This document shows, piece after piece, positions 50,069 to 60,500 of a stretch of 64,000 bases of DNA. Position numbers and translations under genes: made by a program. The notes below the pieces were generated by a model. That model searched no databases. It was not told the origin of the DNA and saw only the letters and a list, made by a program, of their open reading frames with translations. How positions within the stretch are numbered: the first letter of the stretch is position 1; each line of letters starts with the position of its first letter. The stretch covers positions 1 to 64,000 of the IMG/VR virus record IMGVR_UViG_3300044731_002337. One strand, 5' to 3'.

Positions 50069-51208
50069 ATGGAAAACGTAATTCATTGTGCTACAGGTAA
50101 AGTGGAGGTGTATAAAGATTATGTGTTGAAATATAGTAACGCAGCCTATGTAGATGATTTTTTAACTGAATGTATGGTCATGCTAAATTCCAATCATCAT
50201 CCACATTTGGGTGAGATTTTAGAATTGTCGCATAATGGGGATTCGTATACGATGAAAATGCCTCGATATGCAAAGGTATTATTTGAGTCGATGGAGTTAA
50301 CGTTCCAAGTGGTATGGGATGTAGTGTCAGCATTGGTATATATGCATGAAGAGTTGGATATGGTACATTTGGATATTCATGATGCGAATATTTGCATTAC
50401 TGAACAAGGGCGTGGTGTATTGATTGATTATGGTCATGCGAATAGTAGGGAGGTAAACGATATGGGGGGCATGTATGTCATATCATTCCGTCCACCAGAA
50501 ATGTATCCACCTTCTTTTGATCAAGGATATAGTACATCAGATATATGGGCATTAGGTATGATGTGGCTCGAATATATGGGAATTTATGTAGTCACTACCA
50601 TATTACCCATTTTGTATCAGCATCTCAAATCCAATTGCACCTCTTCTTGTTTCCGCAAAAAATCATGGGGCAAGTTGATCGACAAGGCGGTGAAAACGTC
50701 TCCAACTCGTGGCAAGGGTGATTTTGGATGGGTGATTTATGAATTGTACAAGGATAAAGAAGAAATGTATTTAGAGTTTTTGGATAGAGTGATTGATCAA
50801 CATTCAAGTGATGTGAGAGAAGTATATTACGAGGTCATCCGACATATGATTCGATATGATGTTGGCATACGATTCACATCAAGGCAATTATTTGAATGTT
50901 TACGGGCGTTTAAGAATACACATCAATTTGAGTGTCACGAACCTGTGTTATATGTAAAACCTGATGAACGAGATAGGATAGAATGTGACTTGACACCAGA
51001 GCAAATGTGTATCATGTCAGCAGTGAGACATGAGCGAGCAGATAAGCCGTTTATGAGTCATTTTATTCGATTAGGGTTATTAACGGCGGAGAATGGTCGA
51101 CAATACTTGGCAGCTTATATGGCGTTAAAAGGACGTAAATCAGAATTCATTAATAAGTCATGTGTCATTAACGTGATACTACATTGGTTTGCCAAAGGAT
51201 TGGAATAA
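50069..51208 (+). CDS. Ser/Thr protein kinase
   Basis: HLDIHDANI, LIDYG, FRPPE, SDIWALG. Confidence 0.88.
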   Translation: MENVIHCATGKVEVYKDYVLKYSNAAYVDDFLTECMVMLNSNHHPHLGEILELSHNGDSYTMKMPRYAKVLFESMELTFQVVWDVVSALVYMHEELDMVHLDIHDANICITEQGRGVLIDYGHANSREVNDMGGMYVISFRPPEMYPPSFDQGYSTSDIWALGMMWLEYMGIYVVTTILPILYQHLKSNCTSSCFRKKSWGKLIDKAVKTSPTRGKGDFGWVIYELYKDKEEMYLEFLDRVIDQHSSDVREVYYEVIRHMIRYDVGIRFTSRQLFECLRAFKNTHQFECHEPVLYVKPDERDRIECDLTPEQMCIMSAVRHERADKPFMSHFIRLGLLTAENGRQYLAAYMALKGRKSEFINKSCVINVILHWFAKGLE

Positions 51209-51254
51209 GATTTTTCTCCGACTGAACCATAATAAATCAGAGTGTTATTGACAA

Positions 51255-51814
51255 ATGGATGTGTGTAAGTTTTATGCGGTCAAGAGTGAATTGGAAAGTG
51301 TGGTGACGGATTGGGAAGCGATAAGGCGGATTCTTGTAAGGTCACCTTTAGCTGAAACGATTTGGAAGAAACAATTGTTTTTGGGGGCAATAAGGACGTG
51401 TTGTGATCATTCTGTCACTCAATATGAAGTCATGCCTTTATTGGCTACTCATATTACGGAAGAAGAGTTTGAATCCATTACTAGCACTTGTCCTTGGTGT
51501 TTCAAAATGGCAATTCAATGGCTATATGAGTAAGTTGTTGTGGAAAAAAAACATAGAAATGATTCTAATTTTTTTTTTTATGAAATAGACCTGAAAGAGT
51601 ATTGGAGAGTATGATTACAAAAGAACGTTATGACTTGGCATTGCTCATCTTGAAGCATACGACATTTCACTTGGATTGTCACTTTGTCATGACGCATTTT
51701 CAAAAACATCCTTATCCCAATAAGCAAGGGCTATTAGTATTGCATCAATGTATATTACGTTTCAAGATTCCAGAAGAAGAGGAAGAGGAAGAGGAGGAGG
51801 AGGAAGAAGAATGA
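51255..51814 (+). CDS. Spliced two-exon Cys/His module protein, join(51255..51529,51589..51814), 166 aa
   Basis: 59-nt phase-2 intron GTAAGT..CTAAT..ATAG; exon 2 PERVLESMITKERYDLAL matches exon 3 of the 24075 and 44196 genes. Confidence 0.8.
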
Positions 51815-51823
51815 TGAAATGGA

Positions 51824-51868
51824 TTGGATTTTCCGGATAAAGAAAAAATATTTTATTTGATTTTCCGG
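51824..51868 (+). promoter_or_regulatory. Two copies of the GATTTTCCGG motif (51824..51836, 51856..51868)
   Basis: Upstream of ATG 51947 (79 nt from the second copy). Confidence 0.5.
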
Positions 51869-51946
51869 TGGGCTTGAGACGGGCTGTAAGCATAACCAAT
51901 TGTTAGCGTGATCATGAATCAACCACAGACACCTCACTGAAACAGA

Positions 51947-52990
51947 ATGGCTCAATTTGATTTTCTGGAGAAACAATGCGATGCCTTGTGTGAGGCTTTA
52001 CAGATATTTGAACATACAGACTTTGGTTTTCCAGATAAACCAGATGAGTTTTGTGCAAAAGTATACCAAGGAAATCCAGCCATTCAATGTTGTCGAAGGA
52101 TAAAAGGCAAACGTTCATATCATGTGTATAAAGACACTACTGGGGCCAATAGTGAAGAGATCGACAAGCTTACCAAACAAGAAAAGTTCACAGTCTTGCA
52201 AGAATTCCTCAGAAAAGAATTGAATCCGGTTATTCGCGAGTTTACCAGAAAAAGTTATAAATATCGATGGTTTTCAAAGGAAGATTCTGAAGATGATTCC
52301 GATGACGATTCCGATGAACAAGGAAACAAGAAGAAGAAGAGAAAGCTAAAACATATTGAAGTTTACGATCCAATTTATGAAGACGTAGTGTATCTGAAAA
52401 CCGCTTGTTCAATTGAGACAGAATCCCAGAAAATCAAATATGATCCAAATGCAACAGCCATTGATGAAGACATGAAGACACGTATTCAAAGACACAATCG
52501 ACGAGAGGATGAACGAAATGGAACTATTTCTCAGATTTGTGGAGAATCATTGGAAACTTTGCCTGAAGAGACTTTTGAACGGGCAAGAAAGAAACAAGCC
52601 ATTGTCAAGCATATTTCTATTTCTTTATTTGGTGATGAAAAGGAAAACGATTCTGATTACGAAAATGACGAGTATAGTACTTGCAAATCATATTATGCTC
52701 ATATCCACATCAAACGACTAGTCACTTATCGAGGGAATGTCATTACCATTCTCGGTGGTCATGAAGGACTCTTGGTAAAGCATCATCATACAGGCAATAA
52801 TGATTCGGATAGCGATGACGACACGGAATCAAGCTCTTCAAATGATGAGGATACTAATGACAAGAAACCAAAGATTAGACCCAATGAAGAAATATATCCA
52901 CCACATCGATTTCGAGAATTGGCTGAATATATATTTCAATACAATTCAGGTACTTGTTTATTATTTGATTACAATAAGGAAACTAAGTAA
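51947..52990 (+). CDS. Hypothetical acidic/basic low-complexity protein
   Basis: 347-aa ORF. Confidence 0.75.
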   Translation: MAQFDFLEKQCDALCEALQIFEHTDFGFPDKPDEFCAKVYQGNPAIQCCRRIKGKRSYHVYKDTTGANSEEIDKLTKQEKFTVLQEFLRKELNPVIREFTRKSYKYRWFSKEDSEDDSDDDSDEQGNKKKKRKLKHIEVYDPIYEDVVYLKTACSIETESQKIKYDPNATAIDEDMKTRIQRHNRREDERNGTISQICGESLETLPEETFERARKKQAIVKHISISLFGDEKENDSDYENDEYSTCKSYYAHIHIKRLVTYRGNVITILGGHEGLLVKHHHTGNNDSDSDDDTESSSSNDEDTNDKKPKIRPNEEIYPPHRFRELAEYIFQYNSGTCLLFDYNKETK

Positions 52991-53261
52991 TATCAGGGCC
53001 ACAAGGTTCCAAATTTGCGGAATATTGGCCAAGAGCTGTGGAAGAATTAGAAAAGGTATTTCACGATCCAAGTCGTGGAACCCATTACAAAATCAAGTAC
53101 CAAGTCAAGCTAAAACAACAAAAAGACAAGGTTAAACAATGTTTCCAAGAATTGGGATTACTTTGGGATGCGTTCAACTCAGTGTTGGATTATATAGTTG
53201 AGCCTCTATATATTGACTCGTATTTTGATGTTTGCTACATTGGAAAACGAAACTTTATTTA

Positions 53262-54092
53262 TTAAATACTATAAATTGCAATGATTTCCCATATATCTTT
53301 TAATATATAAGAATGTAAAGGTGCAATACAATGACGAATAGAATAGATAAGAGGATGATACTTGTTAACCAAGGCATCTATAAATTGATCAAGATAATCA
53401 GCATCTAAATTACATCCAAAGTATTTCATACAATAAAATTCACCAATAATCATACGAATAAAGAATTGAAATCCAAAACCTGATTGGTTACATAGACTAG
53501 AACAGAATTTGATTTCATTTGTAAACATAAAAGTATTGTTATGATTATTATTTATACATTGTAGAAAACATTTTCGATCAGGCATATTGTCATCCACCAT
53601 TTCTAATTTCTTTTCATCATGTTTCCATTTCAAATCAAATCCAAATACTTTTATATCTTGATCTAAAGGTGTAATTACTTTACTCATCAGAAATTTGGAT
53701 AAGTGATAAATCAGTGCACTCGCTTGAGCAATATGACTACGTTTTCTAGAGTTATCATCAGGTATGAACTCATGATGCCACAAATCCATAACTTTTGACC
53801 TAAATTCTTCCTTATCATAACAATTATCTAACAATTCTTCATATGTATGACCCAATCTCATTTCAGTGACCATCACATTGGTATCTAATACAACTTCTTC
53901 ATTGTCTTCTTGTACAAGTCGTGAAGTATAAAGTATTCCATCTAATCCGATAATACCATAATAACTGGTCAAGGTCCATAACCAATGTCTCTTTCTTGTT
54001 TGATTTTCATCATCATCATTCAAAAAACCAGACCATGATACTTGATGATATGGACTTTTCCATAAATCAACATAATGATAACTATGAATCAT
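53262..54092 (-). CDS. Hypothetical protein with F-box-like extreme C-terminus
   Basis: 276 aa; ends YILKDIWEIIAIYSI. Confidence 0.7.
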   Translation of the reverse strand: MIHSYHYVDLWKSPYHQVSWSGFLNDDDENQTRKRHWLWTLTSYYGIIGLDGILYTSRLVQEDNEEVVLDTNVMVTEMRLGHTYEELLDNCYDKEEFRSKVMDLWHHEFIPDDNSRKRSHIAQASALIYHLSKFLMSKVITPLDQDIKVFGFDLKWKHDEKKLEMVDDNMPDRKCFLQCINNNHNNTFMFTNEIKFCSSLCNQSGFGFQFFIRMIIGEFYCMKYFGCNLDADYLDQFIDALVNKYHPLIYSIRHCIAPLHSYILKDIWEIIAIYSI

Positions 54093-54149
54093 TTTATTTT
54101 TATTATTGGTTTTTCCATTATTCTATACCAAACCAATTACGAAGAAAAG

Positions 54150-54944
54150 TCAAAAAAATCTTCTGGATAATTCAATCATTTTTTGATAGTTTGCATCAAA
54201 ATAGTTGACTTTTTGTTCAGATACAAGACGACGATTTATTTTTCGAGTGACTTCCAAAAGTTTACTCCAAGCATCCATATATTCTTGTCGTTCTTCAAGT
54301 GTCATTCGATGACTTGAAAGAATCATTTCCATCGAATCAAACATTTCATCTTCATCATCAATCACTTCTCTCGGTTTGTCTTCCGAAATGATATTTGGAA
54401 AGAAAGTAGATAACTTGAAATAACGTTCCTTATCACACTTTTCAGTCAATAATATCTTGAATGGTTCTTCTTCGTTGTTGATAGAAGAACGAATATATAA
54501 TATATACGCTAGAACTAAATCACATTGCTTTGTACCATCCACCGTAAAGGTTGTCACTTTTGTATCATGTAGCTTTTCCAGCATGCAAGAGATGGTGGTT
54601 TCCTCATCGACATCATCCAATAGAGGTCCCAAAAGTCGTATCATTTGGTATGGATTCAATGATACGGTAAAGAGATTTAACAAATCTGAACTGATATAGG
54701 CATCCTTTTTATCCTGAAAATAAACCTTTTGATACTTTCGAAAAGTAAAAGGATCCCATGTTGGGATTTCATCACGCTTCTTTTTCAAATATTCAATGAA
54801 CTCATCAGTTTCATTACCATCCATAAGTTCATCAAACGTTTCTTGGTCGAATCGAATCTTGGGCAATGAAAACCCAATCTTTTCCACAAAGGCAAGAAAC
54901 TTTTCATCATTCAACATAGGAATATATAAGAATGGATCTGACAT
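54150..54944 (-). CDS. Hypothetical protein
   Basis: 264-aa ORF. Confidence 0.75.
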   Translation of the reverse strand: MSDPFLYIPMLNDEKFLAFVEKIGFSLPKIRFDQETFDELMDGNETDEFIEYLKKKRDEIPTWDPFTFRKYQKVYFQDKKDAYISSDLLNLFTVSLNPYQMIRLLGPLLDDVDEETTISCMLEKLHDTKVTTFTVDGTKQCDLVLAYILYIRSSINNEEEPFKILLTEKCDKERYFKLSTFFPNIISEDKPREVIDDEDEMFDSMEMILSSHRMTLEERQEYMDAWSKLLEVTRKINRRLVSEQKVNYFDANYQKMIELSRRFF

Positions 54945-55231
54945 TTTTTTTAATCTTTAATTTAATTAAATCACATTAATGAAATAATATGTTCGGGAAT
55001 TGTTATAAAATAGTTTTTATTGTCAAGTTATGTGAAAACGTACCGCTAATTCTATTATATGATTTTTGACAAAAATTTATAGCTGCTTGTTTATCTTTGA
55101 TGTGATGAAACCAATGAAATATTGCTGTTTTGAAACGTTTTATATCATTCCAACGAAGACCATTTTTATGTTTGGTGGTATCTGTCTGAAATACACCAAC
55201 GATGTACTTGTTATTAGAACATTCTTCGATT

Positions 55232-55711
55232 TCACACTGTTTCCAAATTATATTTGGGGTCCCATCGGTTTGAAAAGTATAGTAGAAAGTGATCGATGTT
55301 ATTCTTTTCGTTATAATCTTTTATCATGAATAACCACCATATATGCTGAGCTTCTCTACAAGAATTTGTATTATTAATTATACGGTAACCATCAGAATAT
55401 TTATTTTGATGAGATACTTGAAGTTCCTTTACTTTTTTATGCATATTATATAATTCAATATCTTGCAAGATAAATTCATTAATTGCGTCTGGTATGTCTA
55501 ACTGCTTTGTATATTTTTTATGTATAGCTGTGTTAGTATAACAATCTTCAGTTTGAGTTGATTGATCTATCATTACTTTTGGGATTATAATATCATCGTC
55601 ATCCTCCTCTTCAATCTCACAGTCACAAACTCCATTCAAAAATGATGGTAAATCATTGTGATCAAATATACAATCACGTCTTCTTTTTCGTGATTTCTTA
55701 CGTTGACTCAT
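55232..55711 (-). CDS. Hypothetical protein
   Basis: ORF from MSQRKKSRKRRR (NLS-like). Confidence 0.6.
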   Translation of the reverse strand: MSQRKKSRKRRRDCIFDHNDLPSFLNGVCDCEIEEEDDDDIIIPKVMIDQSTQTEDCYTNTAIHKKYTKQLDIPDAINEFILQDIELYNMHKKVKELQVSHQNKYSDGYRIINNTNSCREAQHIWWLFMIKDYNEKNNIDHFLLYFSNRWDPKYNLETV

Positions 55712-55988
55712 TTTACAATATATTTTATAATTCACATTTTGAAAAGTAAAGCGCGACTACAAAACTAATTTAGAAAATGGATTCTTTCACCCATTATTCA
55801 AAGTAATTTCAGTAGAAAAAACATTGAATAACTCTATATTTTACGTTACCTATGGGTTTGGAGGGATTTGCTAATAGAGGGGTTCCGAGAAACCATCACT
55901 TTCAAGGCATAAAATAAATGTCTTGGAGGGATCGATTGACATCCCTCCATAGGTTTTTCACAAACTAAAAACCCAAAATATTTTCAAA

Positions 55989-56056
55989 CCAGTATTCGAA
56001 GAATCCAGTTTCCTTGGAAATCCAGTATTCGAAGAATCCAGTTTCCTTGGAAATCC
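55989..56056. repeat. 33-bp tandem duplication CCAGTATTCGAAGAATCCAGTTTCCTTGGAAAT x2
   Basis: Read directly, intergenic. Confidence 0.9.
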
Positions 56057-56268
56057 AATTTTCCATTGCCAATACAATGAATTTTTTAGTTTCAAACACC
56101 ATTCGAATCGGTTTCAGTAGAAAAAACATGAAATAACTCGATCTTTTTGGAGATTCCGATATTTCATTATTCAAGAGAGTTTATCAAAGCAAAGATGGAT
56201 TTTAAAAAAGCGAGTCATTTTGAGAATTATGGGCAAAGGAAACGTTTCCTGAAAGTCAAAAGTGTGAA

Positions 56269-56790
56269 ATGCAATTAAATATCAAGCTGGATCATTCTGA
56301 TTTTTATGAATGGACCAAACATATTTTTGTAAAGAGAACATCAAATGACATGACTTATTTCCAAATGGTAGAACATTATGGTTCTGAATGTCGCGAGAAT
56401 GCTTCTTTTCAATACTTTCAAAAAAGTTCTGATGACGTTGAAGAATTGTTGGATCTTCTAAAACCAACAAAAGAAGAAATTCCATACATTCGCAAAGTAC
56501 TAGAACTTTCTGCAAATCTTTATGGTTTTTGTCCACTCAATGATGCTTTATTCATTGTGATTATTGAACCAATTGACGAACCAATTGAACCTGAAACTAA
56601 TGATCAATCAGAAAAAGAATTAGAAGCAATCGTTGATCGTATTTATCAAGATCCCAACAAGTTTGCTTTGGAAAACAAATGGGATTTAAATCAGTTATTT
56701 TCCAATTCAACCATTTATGTAGAAAAAAAAGGAAATATTCTTTTATGTGTTGACAATACCAAGCATAATCCTGGGTTATCCAAAATGTGA
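56269..56790 (+). CDS. Hypothetical protein
   Basis: 173-aa ORF. Confidence 0.7.
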   Translation: MQLNIKLDHSDFYEWTKHIFVKRTSNDMTYFQMVEHYGSECRENASFQYFQKSSDDVEELLDLLKPTKEEIPYIRKVLELSANLYGFCPLNDALFIVIIEPIDEPIEPETNDQSEKELEAIVDRIYQDPNKFALENKWDLNQLFSNSTIYVEKKGNILLCVDNTKHNPGLSKM

Positions 56791-56921
56791 TCGTACTTAC
56801 TGCTATGCTCGGCTTCTATATGAGGTCATCATCTCAAAGCGGGACAAGCAAGTGCGAGGGAAGTACAAGAGAATGGTCAAGGCAATGAAAAATAAAAAAC
56901 CTTATTGAATATTGTGTATTA

Positions 56922-57464
56922 TTATTTGTCATACACTTGGAAAAGACGTTGCATGAATGGGTAGCCACTTTCATAGGTTGAGATGTACTTGTAAAAAGGG
57001 GCCAAGGAAACTTTGTTACATTGGTGCACTTGAATCGATTCTTCAATGAGACGAAGATAACGTTTACGAATAGCCTTGACCATAATAATAAAATGAATTC
57101 TTCGATTGTTCGTAAAGTGTGTTAGGTCTATGAGATAGTCTTCTTTTAGGAAACTCATGAGTGCTTCAGAAGCTTCGTTGCCAGAGATGAAGGGTCGAAT
57201 TTGTTGATAAACATTCTGATCTAGGTACTGACAGAGCTGTTCGAACAAGTTTAGTAAATACTTGTATCGTAGAGTTTCATCTTGTGTTAACGGATCTGTG
57301 TCGCTCCATTCGTGGTCTTCATCACATGTACTTGTTAGATAATGAATGAATAGTTGAGTCGCTTTTGTTGAAGAGAGGGAATGAGTTTGGAGGTATTGTA
57401 TTAGTTCCTGTGTATAGGGTAGATTATAAATGGTGGATAAGTTTGCTGGAGGTTTGTTGCCCAT
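56922..57464 (-). CDS. Hypothetical protein
   Basis: 180-aa ORF. Confidence 0.7.
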   Translation of the reverse strand: MGNKPPANLSTIYNLPYTQELIQYLQTHSLSSTKATQLFIHYLTSTCDEDHEWSDTDPLTQDETLRYKYLLNLFEQLCQYLDQNVYQQIRPFISGNEASEALMSFLKEDYLIDLTHFTNNRRIHFIIMVKAIRKRYLRLIEESIQVHQCNKVSLAPFYKYISTYESGYPFMQRLFQVYDK

Positions 57465-57599
57465 AGATTCTTTTTATAAACAAGTTGCAGGACTCTGAAC
57501 AAAACAAAATGCGTTATAGGTGTATCAAGGTTTGTCTTTTACGAAATCGGGTTTTATTCAACAAAAAATTATGCTTTGCACCAAACTGTGTTATTGAGG

Positions 57600-60500
57600 T
57601 TATGTAATATTATGTCGAGTTAGCTTTTCTTCTGCGATGGCGAGCCGTGATTGTACAGCGGATAGAGTAGTAGATAGTTCTTGTATGGCTTTGATCATGG
57701 GGGAGATAAATTCGGTGTAGGAGAGACTATAGGAATCTTTTTCAGGGTCGTATGAAATTCCAGCAAAGTCATTCAAAGACAATCCACTATTAGTAACGGT
57801 GGATTGGACTTGTTGGGCTAGTAAACCATAGTTGGTCTTGGTATAAGTGTGATGTATAGTCTCTGTGTTGTTGTTAGCATCTGGTGGTCCCTCGACATTA
57901 TAATCTTTGAATTTATAGCTTACAGGTCGTAGTGCATTGATAAAACTTAGCCCAAGTGGTGAATCAGTAATATTCTCTTTTAACCTTTCATCAGAGCTTT
58001 GGTATACTGTTTCACAATAAATTTGTTTGAATTGAAGTCCTGATAATCCAATGTTAGACGTATTATTGGACAAGGGGAGAATGTTAACACCTACATACAT
58101 ATATCCTATATAAGAATCCAAGTATCTATTGGAGGGAGCACCTAAACGATAGGTATTTGTCGCTAGTGGATATAAGCTACGAGTATTCATATCCCCAGTA
58201 CTAGTGGTAGTAAATACAAAACCAGCAAAACTGCCACCATTTCTTCCGCCAGTAGAGTTATCACAATAAAGATAAGGTGTATATTGACCGCCACCATTAT
58301 CAAGCCCAAATTCCATAAAACTTTTACCACTGGTATGAATAACTACATTGGTTTTCACATTCGGGTCTGTTCCCGGAGAATATACATTGAGAGAACCTTG
58401 GCCACCAGTAACGGATAACGAGCCTGTTACACTTGTACTACCCGAATTCGTGACAGAAAATCTTTCCACGGCAGACGAATCTTGCACCGCCATCTTACCA
58501 TTAGTACCCAATACAGAGATATCATTCATGGGTGTAATTGGACCACCATTTGATTTGGATAGACGTATATTCCTTATATCATGAGTGGTACTAGCCCCAC
58601 CAGTGAATGACCCAAACCCATAATAATCATTAGCTTGTGATAATGTTCGACGAGTATCAGTAAAAGGGTAGAATCCTGGAACCGCCCATTCATTGATGGT
58701 GATCCAAAACTGATTGATACAGAATACTATTTTAATTCGCATCCATGAATTACTAGATAGTCCAGCATTAGAACTACTAGTGGATAAATTGGTTGTCGCT
58801 AATAAAAGACTGGGGCTACCACCATTCCAATATAGATTTAATTCATCGTCTTGATATTCATCAATTACTACAGAGTAACCGCCACAGTTTGCTGTATTAG
58901 CAGTGAGGTTAGTAGGTACGCTGCTATTGTTAAAAAAGAACCAAGTAGCATCAGCTCCAGCAATATTACCAATCATTAACTCAAATTCCATCGTAAATGA
59001 ATTTCCTGGATGCCCTCTATACACCAATTGACCTTGTTGGTTCTGCAAGTTAGGGGTTAATTGCACGTAACCAGATTGTTTAGAAGCTGATCCTTGTACA
59101 TATCCTCCTCTTAAGGTTGATCCGGCACCTAAACCGTCTTCCATTTGAATAACACTATTGTACGCACTAGGGTTCAAAATCGTTCCCATGGCCGAATTAT
59201 CAGAGGGAGTAATATTCAAGGAACCGGTAGACAAGGTAATGTATCCATTGGAATTGTTATGGTACTGTAACATTTCATTTGATGTACCATATGAACACCT
59301 ATTTCCCAACATGGATAAATATCGATTTGTACCATCCAAGCGAAATACGGTAGTGATGACAGAGGAAGCCCCTTCTGATTGGAAATCAATATTTCGCCCT
59401 AACCCTGATACCATACAATTGGTAGTTGAACCATCATGAAACATCCACAAATCACTACTATCACCTAAACTTAATCTCACATTATCAAAACACTTGACTC
59501 CATTCTGGGTTAATGAACATCTTGTAATTGTGGAATCAGTCAACAATAAGCTATTGGATCCCAACACAAACCTCATATCACATGAATTCAAAGTTACGGT
59601 AGTCAAACCAGATCCAGCTGAAATACTCGATCTGGTGTTAGAACTTTCTTTAAAGGTAATACCAGACACACTACATGCTCCATTACTATCTCTGGTTATA
59701 ATAGTAGATACCGTATTATCAGAAGAGACAGCAGCCAATTTTGCAGTAGTTATCGTACCATCCGTAATGTCTGCATTCACAATCAACGATGTACTACATT
59801 CACCTGATCCATTCGAAGCGGTATGCACTACCCCAGCAGAGCTAAGACTTGAAACGGTCAATGCATTTGTTATTAAAGTACCCGAAATGGTATCCCCAGT
59901 TTTCAATACATTTAACGAAGCCGCTCCTGTCAGACTGGCGGTAATCGTTCCAGCAGAGAAATTACCAGAAGAGTCTCGAACAACGAGGTGACTGGCGGTA
60001 TTACTGGAGGATACAGCAGCTAGTTTTGCATTGGTAATCGTAGCATCAGTAATGTCAACGTTATCAATGAGGGAGGAGGAAAAAACACCAGATGTGAGGT
60101 GAGCAATGCCTGTACTAGATGAGCCGGATAGTGTTAGACCAGTAAATGTTGGCGAATCAGTTTCAGCAAGATCTTGGGGAAGACCACCTGCAGGACCTGA
60201 AGTGATCACACCATTACTTGCAATTGATAATGAACCACTTGAAAGTCCAGTGAGAGTTAATCCTGCAAATGTAGGTGAAGCTCCAGTATGAATGTTTTGA
60301 GGTAATGATAAGGTAATGTGTCCTGTAGTAGCAGATACTAGCACTTGATTACTAGTTTGAGTGAGAGATAAGACGCCATCATTGGTAATCGCATCAGAGG
60401 TGAGACTTATACCCGTACCCACATTTAGTTTAGCAGTTAAGGTAGCTTGGGTTGTCGCGTTAGAGAGATAGGATAATGCACTTGTGACATCTGTAGCACC

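Noticed and set aside
23963-51868. GGATTTTCC as an NF-kB/Rel site
   Set aside because: The resemblance is real, but nothing indicates an animal host and the fixed spacing fits a core promoter better.
52987-53265. ORF 53038..53265 as a spliced last exon of 51947 (47-nt GTAATA..AAG intron)
   Set aside because: Frame and length fit, but the acceptor is AAG with no pyrimidine tract, unlike all 17 accepted introns, and there is no homology support; left unresolved.
32855-57464. N-myristoylation of the MGC/MGN-starting ORFs (33286, 44740, 57464)
   Set aside because: A position-6 Ser/Thr consensus is not met and the starts are uncertain.
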